This document shows, one piece after another, positions 37,593 through 47,936 of a stretch of DNA of 64,000 bases. The notes below the pieces were generated by a model, which saw only the letters and a program-made list of their open reading frames with translations, ran no database searches and was not told where the DNA came from. The DNA comes from an uncultured candidatus Porisulfidus sp. Lineage in GTDB: Bacteria; Pseudomonadota; Gammaproteobacteria; Poriferisulfidales; Poriferisulfidaceae. How positions within the stretch are numbered: the stretch's first letter is position 1; each line of letters opens with the position of its first letter. Made by a program: the position numbers and the translations under genes. The DNA lies in contig OZ220480.1 in NCBI GenBank assembly GCA_965116025.1, forward strand, positions 1,954,985 through 2,018,984. The letters run 5' to 3'.

Positions 37593-38735
37593 TTATGCGT
37601 AACCCGCCACCTTGTTGATCGCCCTGGAGACTTCCAACTCGCCCTCGGAGGCATCGTTATCATCCCACTTCTTCAGCTCCATCTCCATGAACTTGTGGAA
37701 CACCGGGGGAACCAGCGCCAGCGCGAACAGGGTGAAGTATCCCATGCCCGTGTTCGGCGCCCCAACCTCGTCGAGCTCCCAGAAGTGCGTCTCGCCACGA
37801 TCATGGTGGTCCGCCTGGCGGCCAATCTCGATGAAAAACCAACTGGTGAACGCCGTGCTGTTGTCCCAGCTGTGGCGATAGTCGATGGGTTGGCCCTTCT
37901 CCCGGATCAAGCCGTAGTGCTCCAGATAGTTGAGCGCCTCCAACTCGAAATTCGAGATCATCCAGATCAGCAACATGGCGCAGATGCCGAGCCAGCCGCC
38001 CGCGAGCCAGAACAAAAAGATCGTCGGCAAGCTCATCGCGTAGCCTCGGATCCAGCGGTTCTGCCAAGACAGGAACGGCACGCCCAGACGCTCCAAGCGA
38101 TGCTTCTCCATCGTGTACAGGAACTTGCTCTGGCCAAAATAGGATTTCGGCAAGTGGGCGTAGATGCTGCGCCCGCGCGGCGAAGTCGCTGGATCATCCT
38201 CGCAACCGAGCTCCAGGTGATGGTTGTACACATGCGCGTAGCAGAAGTGCGACGACCCGGACAGCGCCATCATCCAGCGAGCGATCACGAAGCTGAAGCC
38301 CTTGGTGTGCGCCAGCTCGTGCCCGTAGATGATGCCGATCCCGGCGAAAATGCCGGTCGAGACGACCGCGCCAATCAGCTGCATCCCGGTGATTCCCTCC
38401 TGGTAACTCAGCCCCAGGAACGTGCCGGTTCCGATCGGAACGCCGGTCACGTACTGGTAGATCCGCCAGCAAATGGCCAGCTGCAGCAAGACGAAGACGC
38501 CCAGCATGCTGTACATGACGCCGTTCTGAAGAGCGGGCACACCGTAGGTGTCTCCTTCCTCGTCAAATCCCGCGCCCATGGTGCGTTGCGGCGTAGTGGT
38601 GTCGACCAGAATGCCGATGCCCATCAGGGCGACGCCAACCCAGACCCACGGGCCACCCGCCACCACCCCGAACAGCGCCGACAGAATCAGCAGCGGCGCG
38701 AGGAAGTAGCGCACATTGATAAACAGCTTCTTCAC
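37593..38735 (-). CDS. Membrane non-heme di-iron monooxygenase, AlkB/XylM family
   Basis: His boxes HELAH, HVYNHH, NYLEHYG and RQADHH; N-terminal TM helices. GGAGG RBS before GTG 38735. Confidence 0.9.
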   Translation of the reverse strand: MKKLFINVRYFLAPLLILSALFGVVAGGPWVWVGVALMGIGILVDTTTPQRTMGAGFDEEGDTYGVPALQNGVMYSMLGVFVLLQLAICWRIYQYVTGVPIGTGTFLGLSYQEGITGMQLIGAVVSTGIFAGIGIIYGHELAHTKGFSFVIARWMMALSGSSHFCYAHVYNHHLELGCEDDPATSPRGRSIYAHLPKSYFGQSKFLYTMEKHRLERLGVPFLSWQNRWIRGYAMSLPTIFLFWLAGGWLGICAMLLIWMISNFELEALNYLEHYGLIREKGQPIDYRHSWDNSTAFTSWFFIEIGRQADHHDRGETHFWELDEVGAPNTGMGYFTLFALALVPPVFHKFMEMELKKWDDNDASEGELEVSRAINKVAGYA

Positions 38736-38838
38736 AATTCCTCCATATGTAGTAAATATCGAATATCGTGGGGTCACGATCTCTTGGCGGTAAATCTACC
38801 ATAAACGCCACAGCGTCAAACTTGGAACGCCGCGACTA

Positions 38839-38860
38839 ATCCAGTACAATAGTTGTACAA
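38839..38860. promoter_or_regulatory. CarH-type 11-bp direct-repeat operator candidate
   Basis: ATCCAGTACAA-TAGTTGTACAA (11-bp period); the second unit fits nAnnTnnACAn. A related TCTATACAA lies near 38884-38892. Confidence 0.5.
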
Positions 38861-38910
38861 AACGCCACGTTTTCCCGAATTTCTCTATACAAAAGGTGGA
38901 TAGCCGAGCG

Positions 38911-39888
38911 ATGCCCGATTCTCCTCTTCATCCTATTCAGGTCGCCGCGCGCCGCTCGGGGCTAAGCGCTGAGAGAATCCGCGCTTGGGAGCGACGCTAC
39001 CGGGCGGTCACGCCGGCGCGCGCGGGAAACCAACGCCGATTGTACCGGGATGAGGAGATCGAGCGCCTGCGCCTGCTGGCGCGCGCCATTCAAGCGGGAC
39101 GACGCATCGGGGATATCGCGCGATTGCCGTCCACCGAGATTCAAGCCATGGTGGAGGGAGACGAGCGGGATATCGGTCCGCCGCCCGTCCTGATATCCTC
39201 GCGACCCCGCACCGATGCCGTCATGGAATACTTCGACCGATGCCTTGAGGCGGTCGACGCTATGGATCCGGAACGGCTCGCCAAGGCCTTGAATGACGCG
39301 GAAGAGAATCTCGCCGAGCTGTTCGCGCAGGAAGATCTGATCGCGCCGCTGATCCAGCACATGCGGGAGGAGTGCCGCGGCGGGACTCTGCGCGCTGCGC
39401 AAAAGCGAATGGCGGAAAACGTGATTCGCGGACATCTTCTGAGCTACGCCACGCGCTTAGGAGCGAGTTCCACCTTTCGCGTGGTCGTGGCGGGGCGGCA
39501 GCCCGGCATGGACGACCTTCCACTGTTGCGCCTCGCCGTCGCGGTTCGGGCCTACGGCTGGCAACCGATTTTCCTAGGCGCCGGACTGCCCTCCGACGAA
39601 ATCGCCTACGCCGCCAAGCGCGGCCAAGCCCTGTGCACGGCCATCGCCGCCCACCCGGTCGACGACGCCTTGCTGCCCAACGAGTTGCGCAAACTTCGCG
39701 GCGCCCTCCCCGAAAGCCATCCTCTCTTCCTGCACGGTCCTAACCTAAGTCTGTTCAAGGCGGTCCTCGACGAGACCCAGATCATTCCAATACGTACGTT
39801 CGGAGAATTGCGGCTCGCCCTGAACCGGATGCGGCTGGCCGCCCAAGACGGCGCCAAGTTCGCTGATCGACCTTCCTCTATAGAATAG
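38911..39888 (+). CDS. MerR-family CarH/LitR-like regulator with degenerate cobalamin-binding domain
   Basis: MerR HTH ([28 protein letters not shown]), helix bundle, and a Rossmann-like domain ([12 protein letters not shown]). Confidence 0.85.
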   Translation: MPDSPLHPIQVAARRSGLSAERIRAWERRYRAVTPARAGNQRRLYRDEEIERLRLLARAIQAGRRIGDIARLPSTEIQAMVEGDERDIGPPPVLISSRPRTDAVMEYFDRCLEAVDAMDPERLAKALNDAEENLAELFAQEDLIAPLIQHMREECRGGTLRAAQKRMAENVIRGHLLSYATRLGASSTFRVVVAGRQPGMDDLPLLRLAVAVRAYGWQPIFLGAGLPSDEIAYAAKRGQALCTAIAAHPVDDALLPNELRKLRGALPESHPLFLHGPNLSLFKAVLDETQIIPIRTFGELRLALNRMRLAAQDGAKFADRPSSIE

Positions 39889-39920
39889 TCAGGCGCGCTC
39901 GCCATTCGCCATTCGATACC

Positions 39921-40436
39921 ATGAACTCTCCCCACAGCTTTTCCTACGAGGAACTCCTCCGTTGCGCCCGTGGCGAGATGTTCGGCGAAGGGAACGCGCA
40001 GCTACCCAGCCCGAACATGCTGATGCTGGACCGCGTCACGCACATCAGCGAGCAAGGCGGAACGTACGGGAAAGGCGAACTCATGGCCGAGCTCGACATT
40101 CGCCCGGACCTCTGGTTCTTCCAATGTCACTTCCCCGGAGACCCGGTAATGCCCGGTTGCCTAGGCTTGGACGCCCTGTGGCAGCTGCTCGGATTTTTCT
40201 TGGGGTGGCGGGGCCATCCTGGGCGAGGCCGCGCCCTAGGAGTCGGCCGAGTCAAGTTCTCCGGCCAAGTGACCCCCGAGAACCACGTCGTTCGCTACCA
40301 CATCCATCTCAAGCGCCTGGTCACCCGATCGCTGGTGATGGGTATCGCCGATGGTCTGGTGCAGGTCGACGGACGCGACATCTACGCCGCGAAAGATCTT
40401 CGGGTTGGACTCTTCACCACGCTGGAGCAATTCTGA
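39921..40436 (+). CDS. fabA: 3-hydroxyacyl-ACP dehydratase/isomerase FabA
   Basis: [33 protein letters not shown] and GRALG motifs. Confidence 0.97.
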   Translation: MNSPHSFSYEELLRCARGEMFGEGNAQLPSPNMLMLDRVTHISEQGGTYGKGELMAELDIRPDLWFFQCHFPGDPVMPGCLGLDALWQLLGFFLGWRGHPGRGRALGVGRVKFSGQVTPENHVVRYHIHLKRLVTRSLVMGIADGLVQVDGRDIYAAKDLRVGLFTTLEQF

Positions 40437-40437
40437 C

Positions 40438-41313
40438 ATGCCCGCCTCGCTGGCTGGCCACGAAATCGTGACCGTTTCCCGGCCTTTCATGGCCCGCCCG
40501 ATACGACCGCGGCCTGACTGCGCGCACACCACGGCCTACCAGTTCCTGGATATCGAGGAAGACGAGGCCCTGCGCCAAAGCCTGCTCGCGAACTGCAAGC
40601 GCCTACGATTGAGCGGTAACGTCACCTTGGCTACCGAAGGCATCAACCTGAGCCTGGCAGGATCAAGAGACGCCGTGAGCCAAATCGAGAGATTTCTGCG
40701 GGAGGAAAGTCCTTTCCAGGATCTTCGGTTCCGTCGCAGCTATGCGTCCAAGGCCCCTTTCTCCCGGCTGATCGTCCGCTTCCGGCCATCCCTTCTGCCG
40801 ATTCGCGCGGAGATGCCCGTCGCGAGCCGCAATCCAGGCGCCCATCTCCCGCCGGAACGCCTGCGCCAATGGCTTGACGAGGACCGTCCGATCCGGCTTC
40901 TGGACGCGCGCAACGACTACGAGACGCGGCTGGGCCGCTTCGCCACCGCCGAAGCCCTGCCCTTGCGGCAATTTCGCGATTTCCCGGAACGCGCGCGCGC
41001 GCTGGTTCCCGACGAGCGCCCGCTCGTGACCTACTGCACGGGCGGCATTCGCTGCGAATTGGCCAGCGCCTGGTTGCGCGAGCGGGGCCACTCGGAAGTC
41101 TGGCAACTGTCCGGCGGCATTCTCCACTACCTCGAGCGATGCGGAAACCGCCACTGGAGAGGAGAGTGTTTCGTGTTCGACGACCGCTTGGCCGTGGACG
41201 CCGATCTGTGCGCGACCTACCCCCGACTTTGCCGCGACTGCCAGAGACCCATTGAGGAGGCGAGACTCGGACGATGCGAGAACTGCGGAGACGCCCGGCT
41301 TGACGCTGACTGA
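40438..41313 (+). CDS. trhO: Rhodanese-domain tRNA uridine hydroxylase TrhO (YceA family)
   Basis: LATEGIN, LDARNDYE..LGRF, YCTGGIRCE, QLSGGILHY and W.GECFVFDDR motifs. Start uncertain. Confidence 0.88.
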   Translation: MPASLAGHEIVTVSRPFMARPIRPRPDCAHTTAYQFLDIEEDEALRQSLLANCKRLRLSGNVTLATEGINLSLAGSRDAVSQIERFLREESPFQDLRFRRSYASKAPFSRLIVRFRPSLLPIRAEMPVASRNPGAHLPPERLRQWLDEDRPIRLLDARNDYETRLGRFATAEALPLRQFRDFPERARALVPDERPLVTYCTGGIRCELASAWLRERGHSEVWQLSGGILHYLERCGNRHWRGECFVFDDRLAVDADLCATYPRLCRDCQRPIEEARLGRCENCGDARLDAD

Positions 41314-42088
41314 CATCTGCTGCAATCTGACTCACGAATCGTTCGCTGGCGATCAGGAAGCGACGCTTCAACGAGCCCGTCAAGCCGGAGTGACCCGGTT
41401 CCTTCTGGCCGGCGCGGACCTTGCCGAGAGTCGAGAATGCGTCGCGCTCGCGCGTCGCCACCCGGATTGCTGGGCGACGGTCGGGGTGCACCCGCACCAA
41501 GCGCGGGAGTGGAACCCCGACGACGCGGAGGTCCTGCGCGAATTCCAGCGAGACCCGAAAGTCATCGCCATCGGCGAATGCGGTCTGGATTACCATCGGA
41601 ACCTGTCACCCCGCGAGGCGCAACGAACCGCGTTCGCGAAGCAGCTGGAACTGGCGGGAGAGCTGGGCCTGCCCGCGCTCATGCACAATCGAGACGCGGA
41701 TGAGGATTTCTTGCGTGTCTACGACCGCGCGGACCCGCGCCCGCCGCGCGCCGTCCTGCATTGCTTCACTGGAGACCGGCGCTTGCTGCATGCCTGTCTC
41801 GAGCGCGACATCCACATCGGCATCACCGGTTGGTTCTGCGACGAGCGCCGAGGACAGTCGCTAAGGGATTTGATCGACGAGATCCCGCCGGACCGGCTGA
41901 TGATCGAGACGGACGCGCCTTATCTGCTGCCGCGCACGCTTCGTCCACGCCCCCGAACCCGCCGCAACGAACCGATGTGGTTGCCCCATATCGCCGAGAG
42001 AATCGCCACGGCGCGCGGCGCCAGCCTGCAAGAATTCGCCCACCAGACCCAAGCGTGCGCGCGGGCGTTCTTCGTGTTTCCCGATTAG
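41300..42088 (+). CDS. tatD: TatD family DNase
   Basis: DI..NL, GVHPH, IGECGLDY, LHCFTG, ETDAPYL and RNEP motifs. Confidence 0.93.
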   Translation: MTLTDICCNLTHESFAGDQEATLQRARQAGVTRFLLAGADLAESRECVALARRHPDCWATVGVHPHQAREWNPDDAEVLREFQRDPKVIAIGECGLDYHRNLSPREAQRTAFAKQLELAGELGLPALMHNRDADEDFLRVYDRADPRPPRAVLHCFTGDRRLLHACLERDIHIGITGWFCDERRGQSLRDLIDEIPPDRLMIETDAPYLLPRTLRPRPRTRRNEPMWLPHIAERIATARGASLQEFAHQTQACARAFFVFPD

Positions 42089-42334
42089 CCCGCGAGCGTT
42101 CGGGCATTCCGGCGATACGTCACGCCAGATAGAGGGTCGCGGGAAAATATCGTGAACGCTCCGATATCAACGATCAAGAGAACGCGCCCCTGAATCCCCT
42201 CTTCAGAGACAGGCGAACCGCATCTGACCGAAAACAGTCCGGATACGAAGACTCTGGATAACGGGAAAGCTCGCCGCGACGCAAAGTCGAGCGGCGCGTC
42301 ACGCATCCTATTGGAGCCCCATGTTGATTTCGGG

Positions 42335-43018
42335 CTAGACCTCAGCCCAACGGCGCACGAGGTTGTTGTACACTCCGGTCAGGCGAACCAGATCCGGGTC
42401 AGTTTGATCGCGACCCTTGGAAAGAGACTGAATCGATTGATCCAAATGGTAGAGCATGGCGCGCTCCCCCGCGTCTTGGACCATGCTCTGGATCCAGAAA
42501 AACGAGCAGGTCCGAACGCCTTTCGTGATCGGTAATACCTGATGCAGACTGCTCGACGGGTAAAGCACCATGTCGCCCGCTGGGAGCTTCACCCGTTGCG
42601 CGCCAAAATCACCTTCGATCATCAGTTCCCCACCTTCGTACTCGTCAGGCCCGCATAAAAACAACGTGGCTGACAAATCGGAGCGCACGACCACGTTCGC
42701 GCCTTCGACCGACATCACGGCGCCATCCACATGAACGCCATAACGCTCTCCTCCAGAATAGCGATTGAATTTCGGCGGATAGATCTTGTTCGGAAGGGCG
42801 GCGGACACGAACTGGGGATGGTTTCCCAAAACCCGAAGAATATGATTTCCCAGCGAGGTCGCGACCGGGGACCGCTCCTCCAATTGCCGGTTGTTCTTCA
42901 CCGTGGCTGAAAGCGACCCCGCGGTAGATCGGCCGCTGACCCAATCGGCGCGATCCAAATGCTTCCGGAATTGCCGGACCTCGTCCTTCGATAAAACGCT
43001 TCCGATGGTCAATAACAT
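42335..43018 (-). CDS. ybiX: PKHD-type Fe(II)/2-oxoglutarate-dependent dioxygenase (PiuC/YbiX)
   Basis: W.SGR.TAG, PPKFNRY, HVD, RSDLSATLFL, YEGGEL, LYPSSSLH and FFWIQS motifs. Confidence 0.92.
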   Translation of the reverse strand: MLLTIGSVLSKDEVRQFRKHLDRADWVSGRSTAGSLSATVKNNRQLEERSPVATSLGNHILRVLGNHPQFVSAALPNKIYPPKFNRYSGGERYGVHVDGAVMSVEGANVVVRSDLSATLFLCGPDEYEGGELMIEGDFGAQRVKLPAGDMVLYPSSSLHQVLPITKGVRTCSFFWIQSMVQDAGERAMLYHLDQSIQSLSKGRDQTDPDLVRLTGVYNNLVRRWAEV

Positions 43019-43035
43019 CGCCGCTAGTCCTTCCC

Positions 43036-44238
43036 TCAAAGCGTCCAGAGCGTCTCTCTAGCGAAAAGACAACCGGCGTTAATGTCGCGCAAGCCGGAAC
43101 AGCCCGCCAAGGCCATCGCCAGTTCCAGCTCGTCCCGCATCATTTTCAGCATGTGCGCCACTCCAAGGCTGCCCGCCACGGCCAAAGCGTAGATCTGCAA
43201 GCGACCGACCATCACCGCGTTCGCCCCCATCGCGATCGCCTTGAAAACGTCATAGCCGGAGCGAATGCCGCCATCAAGCAGCAATGGGTAACCTTTCCCG
43301 ACCGCGCGACGAATCGTAGGCAGACAATGAACGCTCGCGGGCATGCCATCCAGGGCCCTGCCCCCATGATTGGAAACCACGATGGACTGAACGCCCATCT
43401 CCACCAAGCGCTTGGCGTCTTGGGGGTGCGATACGCCTTTCGCTACGATAGGCAAGGAAGTCCGTCGCCGTAACCACGCGAGGTCGTCCCAGGTCGGAGC
43501 CGACCTCATCACGCCCTGGAAGATCACGCTCGCTTCTGGATCAAGAGAAATTTTCGGTCCGGGAGGCAAGCTATCGAGATTAACTGGACGAACGTGATCC
43601 GGCATGGCGAATCCCTTCCTTAAAGCGCGGTAGCTTGGGGCTTGGGCCGGCGCGTCCAAGGTGACCACTACCGCCTGATAGCCCGCCTTTTCCGCTCGCT
43701 CAAGTAACGTTCGCGTAGCGGCGCGGTTATGCTGGAAATAGAGTTGGAACCATTTCGGCGCGGTCGTTCGATTGGCGATCTCCTCAAGGGGTTTCGAAGC
43801 CATGGAGCTCGCGACCAGACCGGTCCGCTGGGCATGGGCGGCCGTGGCCGTGGCCAGTTCGCCCTCGGCATGAACCAGAGTCTGGAATCCTATCGGGGCC
43901 AGCAGAATGGGATGGTGGAAAGACTGTCCCAGCAAAGTGGAGCATGTCGACGCGCCCTCGGGGCGCCAGAGAACGCGGCTGTGAATCTCGATCTCGGCCA
44001 GCGCTCGAGCGTTGGCCTGCAAGGTTCGCTCCGCGCCGCTCCCTCCCGCGACATGAGCGAAGGCGGACTCTTCCATGAACTCTGGAGCCAGTCGCTCGTA
44101 ATCGGCTGGAGACGCCAAATCGCTCGCGAGGGTCGTCAGCGGCGCGCGCTTGGACCCGCGAGAGTTCGACCTTGTCCGCGGCGAGCGCGCGGGGAGAGCT
44201 CCGCGCCCCGCTTCGCTCCGACTCTCGGCTTCCCTCAT
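43036..44238 (-). CDS. FMN-dependent alpha-hydroxy acid oxidase family protein
   Basis: PILLAPIG, WFQLY, TLDAP, KG, SNHGGR.LD and LDGGIRSG.DVFKA motifs. Confidence 0.92.
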   Translation of the reverse strand: MREAESRSEAGRGALPARSPRTRSNSRGSKRAPLTTLASDLASPADYERLAPEFMEESAFAHVAGGSGAERTLQANARALAEIEIHSRVLWRPEGASTCSTLLGQSFHHPILLAPIGFQTLVHAEGELATATAAHAQRTGLVASSMASKPLEEIANRTTAPKWFQLYFQHNRAATRTLLERAEKAGYQAVVVTLDAPAQAPSYRALRKGFAMPDHVRPVNLDSLPPGPKISLDPEASVIFQGVMRSAPTWDDLAWLRRRTSLPIVAKGVSHPQDAKRLVEMGVQSIVVSNHGGRALDGMPASVHCLPTIRRAVGKGYPLLLDGGIRSGYDVFKAIAMGANAVMVGRLQIYALAVAGSLGVAHMLKMMRDELELAMALAGCSGLRDINAGCLFARETLWTL

Positions 44239-44242
44239 CTCG

Positions 44243-46615
44243 TCAAAAATCGTACGCCAAGGTCACGTAGCCGTTCCGGCGTTCGCCAAGGTACACGAAG
44301 CTCCCGCTGCGGTACGCCGCGGTATAGATGTCCTCATCGAAAACGTTGTTGACGTTCAGCCGCACGCTGAAATGCCGGCCAATCTTGTAGCTGGCGAAGA
44401 TATCGGTCGACATGTAGCTCGGGACCTTGTAAGTGTATCGGTAGGTGCCGTGCGCGTTACTCCGGTAGGATGCCGCGGCGTCGGGCTGTCCCACGTACAT
44501 CTCGCCCTTGTAGGTGACGGAAACGCCCGCCGCGGCCTGTTCCGTTAGCGCGTAGCGCAACTGAAGGTTCGCGCTCTCGTCGGCGAAATTGCCGAGATCT
44601 TTCCCGATGTCGTTCGGCTTGGAGCAAGTCGTCTGCCCGGTTCTTCTGCTCGTGCTGCAGACCTCGTTCACCCCATCGCGATAAGAGTCCCGAATTTCCG
44701 AATTCATGAGCGCGGCGCTGAGCTGGACGCTCAGGGCCTCGGTGACGTTGCCAACCAGAGAGAACTCCACTCCCCGCACCCGATTCTCTCCGGTGTTGTA
44801 GGAGCCCGAAGTCTCGTAGGCGTTCGCCGAGGCCGATTCCATAACGTCATCCTTCGTGATCTGGAACGCCGCCACGGAAGCGAGCAGCTTGCGGTCCATC
44901 AAGTCCCACTTCATGCCCAGCTCGAAGTTCTCGGTATCTTCCGGATCTCCCAGCCCAATCGTCTCCGAGTCTCCGCAAATGCCTCCATAGCCGCAATTCC
45001 CTCCGACATCCGACTCCCCGCCATTGATATTGCTGGAAGTGCTGTAGGTGACATACACCATGGCGTCATCGAGAAATTCGTAGCTCAGGCTACCGTGGTA
45101 ATTCCAAAGCTCGTCCGAGTACCGGTACGTGACCGGCGTCTGGCTGCCGAAAGGCAGCACCGTGTTCTTGTAGTCGAAGTCATCGTAGCGAATTCCCGCG
45201 AAGACGGTCAGTCTGTCGGTCAGGTCGAACGTGTCCATCACGTAGGCGGAGACCGTCTCTACGTCGAAGTCAGCGTTGGAATTTCCCTTGCGGATCGTGC
45301 CCGACCAAAGCCGGGTGGGATCCAAACCGTCCGCAGCCGCCTGCCGATACTGCAACGATGGACCGAACGCGCCATCACGATCCACGTAGCATGGCTCGGA
45401 AATCGCCTCGTCCGCGTCCTCGTCCCAGCATGCCGTGTCGATGTCATATCTCCCGTTCAAGACATCCTCGTTCGTGTATTCGACCCCGAAAACGAGGCGG
45501 TGCTCCCGGCCCGCGATCTCGGCATCGTGAAAAAGATTCAACTGGTTGCCGAAATAGTCGGCCTCCTGCCAGCCATTATGCGAGCTGGTGACGCCCCGCG
45601 TGGTCGCGTTGGAGTTCACGTAGCCGTTTTTGGTCTCGCCATAGCGCATTCCATTTTCCAGCCGCAACGCGTCGCTGAACTCATAATGCGCCTTCAGCGT
45701 GGCCGCGTTGACTTCGGTATCCAGAAAATCGCGATCCCGCTGCACGTAGGTCGGCGGATTCTTCTCAGGCGTTCCGTCCACGAAATACGTGCCCAAATCC
45801 GGGATATCCTCCGCATTGAGGTGGTAGTAATCCGCGATCAGCTTCAATCGGTCCGTCGGCAGCCAGGTCGCGGAGAGCAACGCGCCCAAGCGCTCCTCGT
45901 CCGCGGGCCCCCGGTCAGGGATCTCCTTGTAGCTGTGCAGGAAGTTCACGCGCGCCGCGAGCGAATCGCTGATCCGCTTGTTGCCGTCAACGGTCACCCG
46001 ATGGTACTCGTCCGTGCCCAGCCCTCCTCTCACGTTGATGAAATCGTATTCCGAGCTCGCCTTCTTGGTGATGGAATTCACGGCTCCGCCCGTCGAGCCC
46101 CGGCCCGCGAACGTGGAACTCGGTCCCTTGGTGATCTCGATCTGTTCCGTCGCGAAAGTCTCGCGGGTCGTCATGCCCGGATCGCGCAGGCCATCGACGA
46201 AAACGTCGCTGCGCGCCTCATGCCCGCGAATGATGTAGCGGTCGCCGAAGGCGTTGCCGTTCTCGCCAGTACCGATGGTGATGCCAGGAATGAAGCTGAG
46301 CACGTCCCTCAGGTCGGATTTTCCGGACTCCTCGATGCGGGTCTGCGTCAGGACCTCGATGGTCTGAGGCGTTTCCGCCAGTGGCTTGACGTGGCGCGAA
46401 TCTCCAGATGTCCTCGCCTTGTAGGGCGCGCCGGCTTCCGAATAGGGGTTGGTATCGATCGTGCGCTCCTCGATTCTTAGAGTGTCGAGAACCACCGCCT
46501 CCTCGTCTTGCGCCGCGGCGAAGCCGCCGAACGCCATAGAGAGGCTCAGCGCCAAGGTCGTCTTCGGCAGGATATCGAAATCTTCCGCGTTCCTGTTTTG
46601 GGGTTGATTCTTCAT
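44243..46615 (-). CDS. TonB-dependent siderophore receptor (Fiu/PiuA-like)
   Basis: Signal peptide, ETPQTI, GENGNAFGD..IRG, VDGLRDPG, EITKGPSS, NVNNVFD and C-terminal YDF. Confidence 0.95.
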   Translation of the reverse strand: MKNQPQNRNAEDFDILPKTTLALSLSMAFGGFAAAQDEEAVVLDTLRIEERTIDTNPYSEAGAPYKARTSGDSRHVKPLAETPQTIEVLTQTRIEESGKSDLRDVLSFIPGITIGTGENGNAFGDRYIIRGHEARSDVFVDGLRDPGMTTRETFATEQIEITKGPSSTFAGRGSTGGAVNSITKKASSEYDFINVRGGLGTDEYHRVTVDGNKRISDSLAARVNFLHSYKEIPDRGPADEERLGALLSATWLPTDRLKLIADYYHLNAEDIPDLGTYFVDGTPEKNPPTYVQRDRDFLDTEVNAATLKAHYEFSDALRLENGMRYGETKNGYVNSNATTRGVTSSHNGWQEADYFGNQLNLFHDAEIAGREHRLVFGVEYTNEDVLNGRYDIDTACWDEDADEAISEPCYVDRDGAFGPSLQYRQAAADGLDPTRLWSGTIRKGNSNADFDVETVSAYVMDTFDLTDRLTVFAGIRYDDFDYKNTVLPFGSQTPVTYRYSDELWNYHGSLSYEFLDDAMVYVTYSTSSNINGGESDVGGNCGYGGICGDSETIGLGDPEDTENFELGMKWDLMDRKLLASVAAFQITKDDVMESASANAYETSGSYNTGENRVRGVEFSLVGNVTEALSVQLSAALMNSEIRDSYRDGVNEVCSTSRRTGQTTCSKPNDIGKDLGNFADESANLQLRYALTEQAAAGVSVTYKGEMYVGQPDAAASYRSNAHGTYRYTYKVPSYMSTDIFASYKIGRHFSVRLNVNNVFDEDIYTAAYRSGSFVYLGERRNGYVTLAYDF

Positions 46616-46632
46616 GAATTATCCTCTTCAAG

Positions 46633-47487
46633 TTAATGGTTGGTGATCAGCGAATATTCCACGGGAACCGAGATCGTCAGCTCGTCGCGATCCATGTCGG
46701 CGGGAATGCCCGGCAACGGAGCGGCCCGCGCCAATATGCCCAGCGCCGCTTGGTCCAAGGCCGGGAAGCCAGACCCTTTCAGGATCCTCGAATCCAGAAT
46801 CTCCCCGCGTCGATTTATGGAGAACCGCAACGTGACCGTCCCCTGCTTCTTCGCTTTCTTCAGGGCCGCGGGGTATTCCTTGTGGCGGTTCAGCCACGTC
46901 ATGAGCCGGCTGAAATAATCCTTCACGCTCCCGCTTCGAGAGCCTGCCCTCTCGCCATCCCGAACTCCACTGCCCCGAATCATGGCGGGGCGCGTCCTGG
47001 ACGCGATCTTCGTCGGCGCCACTTCCTGGCGCCTTGGCGACGCTCGGGTCGCCAAGGGCTCAGGCGCGTCTTGAAGATTCCGCGAAAGAATCTTCCGCCG
47101 TTCGGGGAGGACGATGTTCGGAAGGCTCGGCGGAAGTCTCGGAATCTTGATGGCTGGGATATCCAGCGGCTCGGGGGCGGGCCGAACGTTTTCCTTAACG
47201 ACCTCTTTCCGAGGAGATGAGGGCTTGGCCCCAGTCACTCTCTCCGGAGGCGCGGGGGAAGCATCCACGGGAGATTCCTCGACCGCCTCAGGCTCCTCTT
47301 CCGTCGCCTTCCTGAGCATATCGGCATAAGAGCCAAGCGTCCCCAGTCCCACTTCCACGCCCGAAGCCCCCTCTCCCATTCCGCCGAACCGATCAAGTGA
47401 GTCGCTGAAGCCGACCATCGCCATCGCGACGAGCAGATGCAGGCTCGCCGCCAGCAGAAACGCCACGAGCCAGAGATGCGCGCTCAT
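46633..47487 (-). CDS. tonB: Energy transducer TonB
   Basis: TM helix SLHLL, Pro-rich linker, YP..., G.V.LRF.I.R.G and SG.PALDQAAL motifs. Confidence 0.9.
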   Translation of the reverse strand: MSAHLWLVAFLLAASLHLLVAMAMVGFSDSLDRFGGMGEGASGVEVGLGTLGSYADMLRKATEEEPEAVEESPVDASPAPPERVTGAKPSSPRKEVVKENVRPAPEPLDIPAIKIPRLPPSLPNIVLPERRKILSRNLQDAPEPLATRASPRRQEVAPTKIASRTRPAMIRGSGVRDGERAGSRSGSVKDYFSRLMTWLNRHKEYPAALKKAKKQGTVTLRFSINRRGEILDSRILKGSGFPALDQAALGILARAAPLPGIPADMDRDELTISVPVEYSLITNH

Positions 47488-47936
47488 ACGCCGGGCGCCG
47501 CATGCGCGGGTCTGCTGAACAAGGTGATGGTCGAGATGTCGCGCGCGCGCAGAGCCCGGAGCAGACGATCCAAGTCCGCCGCTTTCGCCCGACGGTCCGC
47601 TTTGACCAAAACGCGGTCCAGGCCACCGCCCACCGTCAGCGTCTCGGCATCCAGGGATTCGATCTTGATCGGACGATCATTCAGACTGATGGCGCCGTTC
47701 GCCGCCAGCGCCAGCGTGACCGAAGCGTCCTCCAGAGCCTTCTCGCTATCGGAGGTCGGCGGCTCAATGTCGCCCCCATAGGTCCGCTCGATCTGTCCAG
47801 CGACGAGGTAGAACACCAATAGCAAGAACACGATGTTGATCATCGGGATCATGTTGTCGTCCTGATGGCGTCTGGAGCGAGACGAGCGCGCGGCTCCCTC
47901 GACGAGAGGGTTCGATAGCATCGACACGGAACTCAC
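47484..47936 (-). CDS. exbD: ExbD/TolR family protein
   Basis: MIPMINIVFLLLVFYLV and VKADR motifs. Confidence 0.88.
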   Translation of the reverse strand: MSSVSMLSNPLVEGAARSSRSRRHQDDNMIPMINIVFLLLVFYLVAGQIERTYGGDIEPPTSDSEKALEDASVTLALAANGAISLNDRPIKIESLDAETLTVGGGLDRVLVKADRRAKAADLDRLLRALRARDISTITLFSRPAHAAPGV

